From a virus: a stretch of 64,000 nucleotides of DNA. The stretch spans positions 64,001-128,000 of IMG/VR virus record IMGVR_UViG_3300042923_000524. One strand, 5' to 3'. This document shows, piece by piece, positions 1 to 10,321 of this stretch; within the stretch, counting starts at the first letter, position 1, and every line of letters begins with the position of its first letter. The notes beneath the pieces were generated by a model, which had not been told where the DNA came from, searched no databases, and saw only the letters and a program-made list of their open reading frames with translations. A program made the translations under genes and the position numbers.

Positions 1-2
1 CC

Positions 3-422
3 ATCTGTGTTTGCTGCTGATTTAACTAATTCACCCATAAAGAAATCTGTTAATCCAGAAAAACTAGCCAATTCTTTTTTTGCAATTTTTTCTATTTTCA
101 TAAATGTATCTTGACTTTGTGCAGATACATTACTAAGTATAAAACTATTATGTCCATTTACCAATATGCCTTTTGACATAATAAATGGTGCTGACAATGT
201 TGATTTGCCTCCATTTCTAGTAATACACCACAGATTAAATGGTTTTAACCATGAATTCATAAAGGCATATTTTTGTGCATCTAAGAATTCAATACCCAAA
301 AATCTCTCATTGAATTTTATAGGATTTTTCCTACCCCATTGTATTACCTCTGCCAACTTTGCATAGCCTTCTAGTTTTTTTTGAGAAATTGCAATTTCAG
401 AATTTCTAATAAAATAGTCCAA
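3..422 (-). CDS. Terminase large subunit, N-terminal part (runs off the window); SPbeta YonF-like
   Basis: Not in the ORF track. GGAGG RBS then TTG at 422. Reads MDYFIRNSEIAISQKKLEGY...WCITRNGGKSTL (Walker A-like RxxGKS)...SQDTFMKIEKIA, open to the window edge. Confidence 0.8.
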   Translation of the reverse strand, partial: MDYFIRNSEIAISQKKLEGYAKLAEVIQWGRKNPIKFNERFLGIEFLDAQKYAFMNSWLKPFNLWCITRNGGKSTLSAPFIMSKGILVNGHNSFILSNVSAQSQDTFMKIEKIAKKELASFSGLTDFFMGELVKSAANTD

Positions 423-436
423 AATTTTCAACCTCC

Positions 437-1519
437 CTAATCTTTATCATTGATTTCTGTAAGATGCATTTGAACTTTTAGCAATCTATAATCCTCTTTG
501 GATTTCATTAATTCTGCATCAAGTTTTTTTATCATAGTATTTTGTTGAGCAATCATATCCGTGTATTCATTCTCATCAAGCATTAAATTTTCTAAAATAC
601 TTTTATTACTAAAGTCTGCTATCTGTTTCATGGCATCACAAGTTTCTAAATCAAACAAATTTATTTCTGCCGAAGATAGACCAATTTCATTTAGCTTTTT
701 AACAATTCCATTTAATGTATTTCCACCCTTAGACCTGTTATTGTTATGATTAACCGAGATACCATTATCTTTAGCCAAAGCTAATACAGCTCCAAGCATT
801 TGTTTTTTTGCATCCATTAAAGACTTGATTCCACCCACATTATTTGTAACAGCTTTTATATCACTCGTTATTACCGCTAACGCACTATTAATTTTATCTA
901 TTTGATTAAATGTTTTTACAATTTCTATAACTGCTGGTAACTTAAATGAATCATCTAATGTTGACTCATCAAGAAAATCTATTAATCTATTATATAAATA
1001 AGATTTATCATTGGGGTTTTCACTTTCAAATGGGTCGTAACCTAAAATTCTTAAAACATCTTCTTCATTCTGTTTATGATTTAGATTTACATCCCTTTCA
1101 TCAATCACTTCTTCAGAAACTACAATTTTCTTCTCATAAAAATCATCACTTTCATCAAATGTATAACTTGAATATTGATTAAGAGAGTTTATATTTTTCA
1201 TATAAATTGAATATATATGAGTTCCTTTATTATTAGATTCATTCAAAGAAGCATTATAAACATTCTCTACATATACAACATCTAATTTTCTGCATAATAG
1301 ATAAATAGCAGTTCTGGAATCCCCATTATTTTTTTCTAAATAATAATCATAAATACTTAAAATACAGTCTTTACAAACACCCATTCTCCCATCGGGCAAT
1401 CCTTTATATTTTATTGAATTTGATTTATAGTAATTACGTTCAGCTATTTTTTCAGCACCACAGCAAGTACACTTAATTGTATATTTTGCTACACTTGCTT
1501 TTTTCTTAGTACCTGCCAT
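437..1519 (-). CDS. Putative terminase small subunit / YonG-like protein with N-terminal Cys cluster
   Basis: 360 aa, CTCCG...CKDC zinc-binding motif, directly upstream of the terminase large subunit. Function inferred from position. Confidence 0.5.
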   Translation of the reverse strand: MAGTKKKASVAKYTIKCTCCGAEKIAERNYYKSNSIKYKGLPDGRMGVCKDCILSIYDYYLEKNNGDSRTAIYLLCRKLDVVYVENVYNASLNESNNKGTHIYSIYMKNINSLNQYSSYTFDESDDFYEKKIVVSEEVIDERDVNLNHKQNEEDVLRILGYDPFESENPNDKSYLYNRLIDFLDESTLDDSFKLPAVIEIVKTFNQIDKINSALAVITSDIKAVTNNVGGIKSLMDAKKQMLGAVLALAKDNGISVNHNNNRSKGGNTLNGIVKKLNEIGLSSAEINLFDLETCDAMKQIADFSNKSILENLMLDENEYTDMIAQQNTMIKKLDAELMKSKEDYRLLKVQMHLTEINDKD

Positions 1520-1730
1520 TTAATCCATCTCCTTTAATCCTTTTTAATAATAAAAAATACACTGTTATTTCTGCCCTTATCTAAATAAGAGCAGTTAAAC
1601 ACTGTATTAAAATCACGACCAAATGTCCATTCAGAGGACAATATAATAAACCCTACAGTCAACTCCTTGCATTACGGACTAAGCCAGCTCTAAGGCGAAG
1701 GAAGGTAGGGTTATTAACTATAATTTTATA

Positions 1731-2051
1731 CTATTCTTCATCTATGTAATTTAAAACATCAGACATGAAAGTTCTTAATTTATCCTCTATACACCAAGGA
1801 CAGCCATCAGTATTACATATATCAACAACTGTATTATGAATCATATCTTCCAATTCATTTTCTTTACAATCACATCCACAACATTCAGCACAATTACGCT
1901 CATCTTCAAAATTAAAATCTTCAACATCTTTGAGGTCTGACTCTAAACCTATGAATTGTGTGGAAGTAATTTCTTGACCATTGTATAGAAATTTTTCTTC
2001 ATAAATTCCGTTCTTGTCAAAATTTATTTTATGAATTATATTAGCTTTCAT
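1731..2051 (-). CDS. Hypothetical acidic, Cys-rich protein
   Basis: 106 aa ORF with GGAG RBS; CAECCGCDC and CPWC motifs. Confidence 0.55.
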   Translation of the reverse strand: MKANIIHKINFDKNGIYEEKFLYNGQEITSTQFIGLESDLKDVEDFNFEDERNCAECCGCDCKENELEDMIHNTVVDICNTDGCPWCIEDKLRTFMSDVLNYIDEE

Positions 2052-2074
2052 TAATTTTATTTCTCCTTTTATTC

Positions 2075-2698
2075 CTATAATATTTCATCTAAGTCGCAAT
2101 CAACGCCAATTATTTTATCAACTATACCTAATTCTCTACCTTCTTCATCGGCATAAATATAAAATTCTTTTTCATATTTAGCATCATAGAATTCTGGTGT
2201 CATTTTAGTTCTACTCAAAACATATTTCTTAATTCTATCATCCATCTTGTCATAGAATTTAGCTATATCTTTAAACTTACTTCCACTTGAAGAAGCTCCA
2301 ACATTTCCATCATGTATTAATATTGTACTGTTAATAAACGCATATTTTCTATCACAAGCAAGATATATTAAACTACCCATTGAGTATCCATATCCTAATA
2401 AAACTCCATCTACAGGCGTTTTACTTGCTAGAATAGAGTCTATAATAGTGTAGCCACTTGCAACTTCGCCACCGCAACTATTGATGTAAAGTTTAATTCT
2501 TTTTCGGTTTTCGATTGGTAGATTTTTATCTTCTTTGTTAAACTTTAATATCTGTAAAACTACCATTTCAATAACATCTTGTGTTATTTCTGAATTTAAA
2601 ACAATCACTCTGTCCCTTAAACTTTCTTCAAATACTCTATCAAAGAAACTATTACCACTTGGAATTTCTAACATTACATCATTATTAACTCTATTCAT
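2075..2698 (-). CDS. clpP: ClpP-like protease (proteolytic subunit)
   Basis: DRVIVL, LYINSCGGEV, GYSMG (catalytic Ser), LIHDG (His), GIVDKI. The usual third Asp position appears to be Glu. Confidence 0.85.
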   Translation of the reverse strand: MNRVNNDVMLEIPSGNSFFDRVFEESLRDRVIVLNSEITQDVIEMVVLQILKFNKEDKNLPIENRKRIKLYINSCGGEVASGYTIIDSILASKTPVDGVLLGYGYSMGSLIYLACDRKYAFINSTILIHDGNVGASSSGSKFKDIAKFYDKMDDRIKKYVLSRTKMTPEFYDAKYEKEFYIYADEEGRELGIVDKIIGVDCDLDEIL

Positions 2699-2763
2699 AA
2701 CCTATCCTCGCTTTTATATTTATTGTTTAAAAATTGACCTTAAAAACGTTATTTGGTGGTCAT

Positions 2764-3975
2764 TTACTGTAATACCACATCTTTAATCATTTCAACCTTG
2801 CCATCTGTTAGTATAGAAATAGTCTGTGAAGCCACTGTTGTACAACCAAAAGTTACGCTGAAATCATTATAGCCTGAAAGACAACCTGTAGAAATAATGT
2901 ATCTACCATTATTTTCAGACACGATATTGAAATTATGTAAATGTCCTTTATAATATAAATCATATATTACATTATCCATGGAAATTTCATTCTTTATTTG
3001 TTGTTTACCGTCTTTTACTCCATTATTTCCATGTACAAATTTACATTTTAAACCTTTTATTTCTTTTACTATTTCTTTATCAGTATGTCTTCTTTCAATA
3101 ACTGTAAGTCTATTATTTTCACTCAACTCTTTGTATTTTCCAAGTTGCTCTCTAATAATAACCTCTGCATTATCTCCGTCAAGATTAGATTGATAATCAC
3201 CATTCATACGGTCATGGTTTCCATAAATTGAATCATATTCAACATTGCAATATTTACAAAGAGCAGTTAGAAATCTATAAATAAGTTCTATTGCCTTGTT
3301 TATTTGCTGTGATTGGTTGAATTCACAGAATTGAGATTGATTTTTTCTCATAGATAAATGCTCAATCACATCACCTGTGTTTACAACAAATATTTTTTTA
3401 ATCCCATACATTTCAATATATTTATAACACTCACTGATTAATTTATCTATTCTTTGATTTGCAATTTTCCAATTGTAATAATTACCCTTACAATCATCTA
3501 TAATATAACCTATATGCCAATCAGATATATGAACTATCATTTCATATTCACTATTAATATTAATCGGTTCTACGCAATATTCAGGAATTGTAATAGTACA
3601 ATTATCTTCTAAATATTGTTTCAATTCATCAGCAATACTAATTGATTTTACAAAATCTCTTTTTATTCTATTTAAATCAGTTTTTTCTTTTGATATTTGA
3701 AATTTTAAAGTGTCTAATTCTCCAACTTTTTCTCTAATAGATTGAAGTTGTGTTTTTGACTTAGTTTTATCTTGTTCACTTCTCAGTACAGGAATTATCT
3801 TTTGTAGTCCATAAATTCTCTTCCGTGCTTCGTCTGGACTTAATTTCTCATTGAATAATAATTCCCAAACTTCACTATTTTCCAAATCAAATATTCCACT
3901 TTTCTTATTAGTGATTAATCTATCACAATAATCAAGGAAACTTTCATTTTCTTTTCTTAGAAAATCGCTATTCAT
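2764..3975 (-). CDS. Calcineurin-like metallophosphoesterase (YonJ-like) with N-terminal HTH/coiled coil
   Basis: Motifs SDWHIG, GDVIE, GNHDR, FVHG, GHLH. Confidence 0.8.
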   Translation of the reverse strand: MNSDFLRKENESFLDYCDRLITNKKSGIFDLENSEVWELLFNEKLSPDEARKRIYGLQKIIPVLRSEQDKTKSKTQLQSIREKVGELDTLKFQISKEKTDLNRIKRDFVKSISIADELKQYLEDNCTITIPEYCVEPININSEYEMIVHISDWHIGYIIDDCKGNYYNWKIANQRIDKLISECYKYIEMYGIKKIFVVNTGDVIEHLSMRKNQSQFCEFNQSQQINKAIELIYRFLTALCKYCNVEYDSIYGNHDRMNGDYQSNLDGDNAEVIIREQLGKYKELSENNRLTVIERRHTDKEIVKEIKGLKCKFVHGNNGVKDGKQQIKNEISMDNVIYDLYYKGHLHNFNIVSENNGRYIISTGCLSGYNDFSVTFGCTTVASQTISILTDGKVEMIKDVVLQ

Positions 3976-3978
3976 GTA

Positions 3979-4131
3979 TTACTCCTTTTCTTCAATCTTA
4001 ATTTTCTTCTTTTTTCTATCTATCTTTTTATGCTTACTTTCTAATTCAAATTGTTTTATAACCCTAGAATCAACATCAAAACTTTCTAAAGCTTCATTTA
4101 ATTCATCTAAATAATCATCATAATTATTCAT
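3979..4131 (-). CDS. Small hypothetical protein (50 aa)
   Basis: Read manually: MNNYDDYLDELNEALESFDVDSRVIKQF...EEKE, with AGGA RBS; contiguous with its neighbours. Confidence 0.5.
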   Translation of the reverse strand: MNNYDDYLDELNEALESFDVDSRVIKQFELESKHKKIDRKKKKIKIEEKE

Positions 4132-4149
4132 TCTATTTTATTTATCATC

Positions 4150-4690
4150 CTTTTTAATCTATTTTTATATCTGGATAAATCAATACAGATGCTCACCCAT
4201 TAGCAAGTAAGCATCTGTATTTTAGAGGGAGTATTATGAAAAATATATGTATAAGGCAAACTGTTAAATCTTCCACTTATCGGGTAGGAACTCTCCCCTG
4301 TTAGGTTGGGTTTTGAGAGGGTGTCAAAAGCCTCCACACCCTCTCTTGGATTCTACATGTAGAAAAATTAGTGCTTTGTTGATTACATAGTAACCAAACT
4401 CTAAATTAGTCTAAAAAGCGTGGTTTCTAAAACTTTGGTAATTTCCACATATCCAAAGTAAAACTTAACCCCGATTTGCTATCTAAGTGGTTTTAGAATC
4501 GCAGTTTTGTATATCTTATCACTGCGACGAATGATAAGTGTTGACAGTATCACCGACAGCGAATTGTCCATAAATTAAATATTCTGTGGTAAATTGTAAC
4601 AGTCTTATTAATTGTCTCATATTTAAACTCTCCGACACGGAGAACTAGAGGACTGTAACCCTAGTATGTATTATCTATGATGCCCTTTGG
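4150..4690 (-). ncRNA. Candidate structured non-coding RNA / leader (series of hairpins)
   Basis: About 540 nt without an ORF, richer in GC than its flanks, with several inverted repeats (e.g. ATACAGATGCT..AGCATCTGTAT, GAGAGGGTGT..ACACCCTCTC, CTTATCA..TGATAAG). Confidence 0.3.
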
Positions 4691-4696
4691 CTAGTA

Positions 4697-4876
4697 TTAG
4701 TCTGTTATTTCTTCGCCATATGTAATGGCTATTTTAACATTCTTAGAATTAAAATCTTTTAGCAATTCTTTTAATTCCTTAGTTCCAATTTCTTCTACAT
4801 CCATTGTCATATCTTCTATATCCAAAATTCCCTCAATAGTCTTACTAAACTTTTCTTGTATTTTTGATTTTGCCAT
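4697..4876 (-). CDS. YonK-like small protein (59 aa)
   Basis: Read manually: MAKSKIQEKFSKTIEGILDIEDMTMDVEEIGTKELKELLKDFNSKNVKIAITYGEEITD. Resembles SPbeta YonK (GxxDxxxM...LxxFNxKNVxI) and lies next to the YonJ-like gene. Confidence 0.6.
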   Translation of the reverse strand: MAKSKIQEKFSKTIEGILDIEDMTMDVEEIGTKELKELLKDFNSKNVKIAITYGEEITD

Positions 4877-4910
4877 CCTTTTATTCCTCCATTAATTTTA
4901 TATTAATTAT

Positions 4911-6350
4911 TTATAAATAAACTACATCATCTTTACTTATCGCATATACTTTAGCACTACTACACTTCTGACTTAGTCGTTCCTCCAGTAATTCAGCAAA
5001 TTGCACTTTATTTGAGAACTCTCCATGAACTAAACATATTTGTTTTAATCCATTTATACTACTATAATACTCAAGCATTTCATTGTGCTGAATATGTGAA
5101 GAGTATGATTTTAATTCAACTATATTACATTTGTTTTTAACTTCATCCTTGCCAATAAATATAGTTTTATATTTTTTGCTCTTAATTTTACCTAAAATAC
5201 TATCATCAGGAGAATAACCTATTGTTACAATACAACTATTTTCATCTTGTAATATATATGGTAAATAATGCATTACTCTTCCTGCGCTACACATTCCACT
5301 AGCTGAAATTAAAATTGAACTCTCATTGCTTGATACATTCATTTTACTTTCATCAGATGAATTGATAATATTTAATTTATCCCAATACAATATCTCATTA
5401 AGATAACTCTTTTCATCACCTTCTAATTGATTTAAATATTCCTCTGTGATTTTTATTGCAAGAGGACTATCTAAGTATATGGGCAGATTAAAGCTGTTAT
5501 CATCTTTAAATATAGTATATAAATCACTTAATATTTCTTGTGTTCTGGCAAATGAAAAAGATGGAATAAGTATTCTACCTTTTTTCCTATCTATAATATC
5601 GCAAACTATTGTTTTTAATTTTTCTAAATCTTTAAGCCTTGTTTTAGAATTTACATTATTAATTTTCATAGCATAAGTTGATTCAACTATTGCCATATCT
5701 GCATATTCTACAGGCTTAAACTCTTCAACAAAATGCTTTTTACCAACAATTAGGTTGCCTATATCTCCTGTGTATAGTAATACCTTTTTAATATTATTGA
5801 TTGTAATAAAAAGTTCAACTTGATTTGCACCGAATAAATGCCCACTAGGAGTAAATCTGAAGCTTAAAATATCATCAATCTTATGTATTGTGTTTGTCTC
5901 ATATTCTGTTATATGGTTTAAGCATTTATCTGTATCACATTTTTCATAGAAAGGTTTGATATTTTTACCCTGTTTTGATAATATTTCAGATGTTCTATTA
6001 ATAATGTGGCAACTATCTTCTAAAAGTAGTTTCATTATTCCACCTGTATTTTTAGGAATTATTATATCTGCATTACAATTATTTTTTTCTTTATATAAAG
6101 CAGGAGTCAAACCAATGTGGTCAATATTATTATGGGTGAAAAATATATGAGTTATTTCGCTAGGTCTAAATTTAAATGCTCTTGAATTTATTTGCATGTC
6201 TTTTAATGTGGAATTGCTTTGGTAAAGACCACATTCGAGTAAAATTTTATGATTTTTAAATTCTACGAGAATCATTGAATTTGTTACATCATGTGCATTT
6301 TCTCCCACAAATGAGACTTTAATATCTTCGCTTTTCTTCTTACTCCCCAT
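4911..6350 (-). CDS. Metallo-beta-lactamase / beta-CASP family nuclease
   Basis: LLECG, THNNIDHIG (variant HxHxDH), SGHLFGA, YTGDIG, VESTY, IPSFSFARTQE, SASGMC..GR, SSH, LVHGE. Confidence 0.85.
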   Translation of the reverse strand: MGSKKKSEDIKVSFVGENAHDVTNSMILVEFKNHKILLECGLYQSNSTLKDMQINSRAFKFRPSEITHIFFTHNNIDHIGLTPALYKEKNNCNADIIIPKNTGGIMKLLLEDSCHIINRTSEILSKQGKNIKPFYEKCDTDKCLNHITEYETNTIHKIDDILSFRFTPSGHLFGANQVELFITINNIKKVLLYTGDIGNLIVGKKHFVEEFKPVEYADMAIVESTYAMKINNVNSKTRLKDLEKLKTIVCDIIDRKKGRILIPSFSFARTQEILSDLYTIFKDDNSFNLPIYLDSPLAIKITEEYLNQLEGDEKSYLNEILYWDKLNIINSSDESKMNVSSNESSILISASGMCSAGRVMHYLPYILQDENSCIVTIGYSPDDSILGKIKSKKYKTIFIGKDEVKNKCNIVELKSYSSHIQHNEMLEYYSSINGLKQICLVHGEFSNKVQFAELLEERLSQKCSSAKVYAISKDDVVYL

Positions 6351-6672
6351 AATATTTTCCCTTGCCTTCTAAAAAATCTATCCACTCAGAGTCAGATTCG
6401 TAAAGTCTTGCTTCTAAAATCATTCTGTATTTATAAAGCATACAAATCTTACCCTTTAGCATATCCCACATTAATTTAGAATCTAGTTGTTTACCAAATT
6501 TATTTTCTCTGCAAAGGCGTTTAATATTTACATTTTCTTCTCTAATGAGTGAAATGTATTCTGACATTGGTTTACCTAATCTATAGTTTTCACATTGTTC
6601 ATCATTGTTTTTATAATTTTTGCAATCATTAATGCAGATTTGACACCTTGCACATATGTTTTTATCAATCAT
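6340..6672 (-). CDS. Hypothetical protein with N-terminal Cys motif
   Basis: 110 aa, CARCQICINDC; overlaps the start of the downstream gene (translational coupling). Confidence 0.55.
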   Translation of the reverse strand: MIDKNICARCQICINDCKNYKNNDEQCENYRLGKPMSEYISLIREENVNIKRLCRENKFGKQLDSKLMWDMLKGKICMLYKYRMILEARLYESDSEWIDFLEGKGKYYGE

Positions 6673-6956
6673 ATATAAACATCCTTCGCAATTTATTTTA
6701 TTTTGTCTGTATTAAATATTATAGTTTTATATTAATTATTAAAAATAAAATTGAGGGTATAATTTCTTACACCCTCCTTGAAGGGGTAAATATATCTCTT
6801 ATATTTGTAAATTAGACCTTGTTGCCCTCAAACACGATTATAGAAAATAAGCTATAACCGTGTTATATCAATGGTTATAATCATATTTAATAAAATTTTA
6901 AATTTATTAATAACCTAGCAAACCCTTATGTATCAACACTTGTTAGGATTTGGTGC

Positions 6957-9581
6957 TTATACAGAATTTTTCTTTTTATTGTAATATTCTTTCTGTTTTT
7001 CTCTATTGTATTTTTTCCATTCTTCTTTGCTACAATCTGGACAGTATTTTTTATTTGATGTTGTTTGCTGAATTCTTTCACCGCATTTTTCGCAAGATAT
7101 AGAATCATTAGCAATATTATTTTTTATATTTTCAAGTATTGTATCTCCAAAACATTCCCATAAAGTAGTTTTATAGTTGCTTTGTTTGTGTTTATATAAA
7201 TATTCAACTAGAACATCTACTACATAATTTACATTATCATTTATTTCTAATATTTCTTTTTTTATATCTTGATAGATATATGGTATGTTATTTGTTTCAT
7301 CATCGTCTTCAGAGCAATTAATCATAAAGTGTTTTTTTAAATCCATCTCTTGATATTTATCAATAATGCTATTATCCAACTTAACTCTTTTGTTTTTCAT
7401 TAGTACTTTATAATCAAATTTTCCTAAACCTATAGAATTAAAATTAATTTTGGGATTAGGTATGATTTTCTCTAGTTTGTTTACAACACTATGATTAATC
7501 TTTTCCACTTCTTCTTTCTTCTTGTCTTTGGCATATATAAAGAAGTGTGGCACTTTTGATTTAGTATAATCCGTAATTAGTTTTTTCTTATTCTTTGGTC
7601 TTTCTGGTTTATATAATGTCTTAGCAAAATCTATCGTAAAGTTATTTTCCATACATAATAACTTAATTACATCAATGTCTATGTTCTCACTATTCCATAT
7701 TTTAGTTATGTCGTTGCTAATCATACCAATGTTTCCACCTGTATAAGCAGACTTTAATCCATTATAAATAGTTTGATTGTCAATCTTTTCTGCTGGTGCT
7801 TTTCTCATATTATAATATAAAGGCACTATATCTTTCATATTGCGTTCAGATGCCTCTATAATCGTTTTTTCTGCACACACTAGGCTCTTATCCCCATCGT
7901 TATCAAATTGTAGAATCTTGGAAATTAAATCATGACAACTGGTGTATATAGCATCTGTAGTAAACCATTCACTCTTTTGCTTATCAACTATATTTCTTCT
8001 TACTGCATGCTCACGGAACAAATGAGGTGAACGCAAACAGTCAAGTTTATCTATATTCTTATATATTTTACAGAATACTTCTCCGTCTTCTAATAGACCT
8101 TTTGGATTCTTATCACCTAAAAACAAATATTCACAGAAAGCATATAAATCAGGAGATAGGAATGTGTATACTCCATTTATATCTACTTTTCCAGCTCTGC
8201 CATCTCTAACAATACTCTTTTTTACTTGTTTTAATATTTCTTTACTATATGTGTCATTCAATAATTCTGGATATATCTCTAATGCTTGTTGAATGTAATT
8301 CTTATTTTTATTAGAAGGCACAACGCCTAACACTTTTAACATTGTCTTTTTATCCGAACCAATACTTTTAATATTATGGATAGTTGTTTTAGAAATAGTC
8401 GCTAATTCTTTATCTGTCATATCTGTGAGAGTCTGAAGCATCTGATAGTTAATTTTTGCATTGTTAAAAGTATCTTCTTCCTCATTACATTTACCTGCTT
8501 GACAATTATATTTAATAAATTTATCTATGTAATCTTGCCATGAAGAGTAATATTTGTACATCTTAAATTGACTCTTAGTAAATATTACTTCTATACCATC
8601 TTTTAAAATATCCCATTCTTTTCCGTATATATCAGTAACTTTACTATAATCTTTTCCTTCAGTGTTTTTATTAGCTTCATTAATAAATTTATCAAAAGGA
8701 AAAGACATTAGAAGTCCCTTAATCCAAGGTAATCTCACCATCATGTTTTTCTTTGATTTGCTAGTTAAATACATTCCACAGCCGTCTGTGTGCGTTACAG
8801 GTATATCCATTTGCTTTCTTGTAATCTCATATGTAGTATCATCAATAAAATCAACAACGCCATTAACCATTGTTTCCATATCATCAACTACAATAGACTT
8901 AGTTATATCAAAATCTTCCCATATGTCAGTTGCAGAATTACAAAGAGCTAGATATGCCAAGAATTTATTAATATTAACTCCACCATTATCATTTATATCT
9001 TCAATTGTTAATCCACACATTAAAGTATTTTTATATTTATTGAATATAGATTCTTTTATAAATACTGTTTTCTTTGTTCTTATTTGTCCTGCTGAAGCTG
9101 TAAGACAAATATATTTTTCTCCATTGTGCATATATCCATCTAGTATTATATCTTCAATTACATCAAAGAAATAAGTTTGAACAATCATTATATCTTCATA
9201 TAATTGGTTTTGCTCCATATTTGCAGTTCTAGTTAATACGGAATCAAATACAGATATAATTCTATGTTTATTTAGACAATCTTTATTAAGATTTCTAATT
9301 CCTTTGTGTTTTTCAAACTCAATATATAACTTTTCCTTAGTATGTTTAATTTCTTTATTGGTTTTTTCTAGTAGTAGTTTAATTTTATCATTATGATTTG
9401 ATGCAATCATTTCTCTAATATGCTCTGGTATTAGTTTAAATTTGAATTTATCTCTTTTCTTTACTAATTTCTTGCGATACATATATAAACTATTGAGTCT
9501 TTTATGTATTTTCATTTCATTATCATTATAGAAACATGACGTATCCACTGAATATATATGTATTTGTTTTTTTAAGCTAAT
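6957..9581 (-). CDS. yonO: YonO-like single-subunit (double-psi beta-barrel) phage RNA polymerase
   Basis: SAGQIRTKK, TDGCG, RLPWIKG, RSPHL and catalytic LQFDNDGDK (DxDGD). The ORF extends 11 codons upstream of the called GTG to an ATT at 9581 placed 7 nt after AGGAGG. Confidence 0.9.
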   Translation of the reverse strand: MSLKKQIHIYSVDTSCFYNDNEMKIHKRLNSLYMYRKKLVKKRDKFKFKLIPEHIREMIASNHNDKIKLLLEKTNKEIKHTKEKLYIEFEKHKGIRNLNKDCLNKHRIISVFDSVLTRTANMEQNQLYEDIMIVQTYFFDVIEDIILDGYMHNGEKYICLTASAGQIRTKKTVFIKESIFNKYKNTLMCGLTIEDINDNGGVNINKFLAYLALCNSATDIWEDFDITKSIVVDDMETMVNGVVDFIDDTTYEITRKQMDIPVTHTDGCGMYLTSKSKKNMMVRLPWIKGLLMSFPFDKFINEANKNTEGKDYSKVTDIYGKEWDILKDGIEVIFTKSQFKMYKYYSSWQDYIDKFIKYNCQAGKCNEEEDTFNNAKINYQMLQTLTDMTDKELATISKTTIHNIKSIGSDKKTMLKVLGVVPSNKNKNYIQQALEIYPELLNDTYSKEILKQVKKSIVRDGRAGKVDINGVYTFLSPDLYAFCEYLFLGDKNPKGLLEDGEVFCKIYKNIDKLDCLRSPHLFREHAVRRNIVDKQKSEWFTTDAIYTSCHDLISKILQFDNDGDKSLVCAEKTIIEASERNMKDIVPLYYNMRKAPAEKIDNQTIYNGLKSAYTGGNIGMISNDITKIWNSENIDIDVIKLLCMENNFTIDFAKTLYKPERPKNKKKLITDYTKSKVPHFFIYAKDKKKEEVEKINHSVVNKLEKIIPNPKINFNSIGLGKFDYKVLMKNKRVKLDNSIIDKYQEMDLKKHFMINCSEDDDETNNIPYIYQDIKKEILEINDNVNYVVDVLVEYLYKHKQSNYKTTLWECFGDTILENIKNNIANDSISCEKCGERIQQTTSNKKYCPDCSKEEWKKYNREKQKEYYNKKKNSV

Positions 9582-9624
9582 AACTACCCCTCCTGTCTTT
9601 AGTTATATTATATTAATCCTAACC

Positions 9625-9783
9625 CTACTCAACCTTCTCAAAACAAATTCCACCACACATCCTACATTGTTCTGGAATTTCTCTACCCAAAGTGCTATAA
9701 AACTTAGTATGACAATTTGAACACTCCCAAGTTTTAGAAGTATTTTTTCTAAATGTAAATATTTTATTTAAAAATCTATTCAT
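9625..9783 (-). CDS. Small zinc-ribbon protein (52 aa)
   Basis: Read manually: ...WECSNCHTKFY...EQCRMCGG..., with AGGAG RBS. Confidence 0.55.
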   Translation of the reverse strand: MNRFLNKIFTFRKNTSKTWECSNCHTKFYSTLGREIPEQCRMCGGICFEKVE

Positions 9784-9809
9784 TTATTTTATATTCTCCT
9801 TTTATTAAT

Positions 9810-10298
9810 TTAAATTGTCCAATCTTTTTTAGGTGTTATTATTTCAAGACTTTGCCAACCTTTAGGTATAATATATAATATTCCATTAGTTGTCTTTAAT
9901 CTATGATTACCTGAATCACTAACAAAGAATTCTGCTACATTCTTGATTGTTAATTTTCTATACCAAAATAAAAATGGAAAATAGTAAATTCTATCCTGAC
10001 ATCCAACATTTGTTGATTCCTTCATTTATATTCTCCTTTCCATCAAATTGAAATTCTATTGTAATTATAAATTTGAATTAAAACCTGTTTTTATATTATC
10101 TATAATGTAATCTATAAACAATTTACTTGGATTAAATGTTTCTTCAATAAAACCATTTAAATCATGATTGTTTAACAATGCAAATATTGCAAATACTGGT
10201 ATTATAATTATCATTATTATCAAACAGGGTATAGATAATATTGTACAAATTATATTTCTAATTCTTTTATACATATTCTCTCCTTTCAAAATCCCCAT
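9810..10298 (-). CDS. Two small hypothetical proteins (9810-10025; 10065-10298, one TM helix)
   Basis: ORF track, AAGGAG RBSs. Confidence 0.5.
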
Positions 10299-10321
10299 AA
10301 ATTTCGCATTCTAAAGTCATT

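Noticed and set aside
4150-4690. tRNA cluster
   Set aside because: No GTTCRA T-loop or cloverleaf found on either strand by eye; kept only as a generic structured-RNA candidate.
166-9174. Plus-strand ORFs in the track (166-366, 561-749, 946-1182, 2535-2786, 5446-5676, 8662-9174 etc.)
   Set aside because: They are antisense shadows of well-supported minus-strand genes, with no RBS and unusual composition.
3-9581. Introns or inteins in the terminase or YonO genes
   Set aside because: Reading frames are continuous and no intein or homing-endonuclease motifs are seen inside them within this window.
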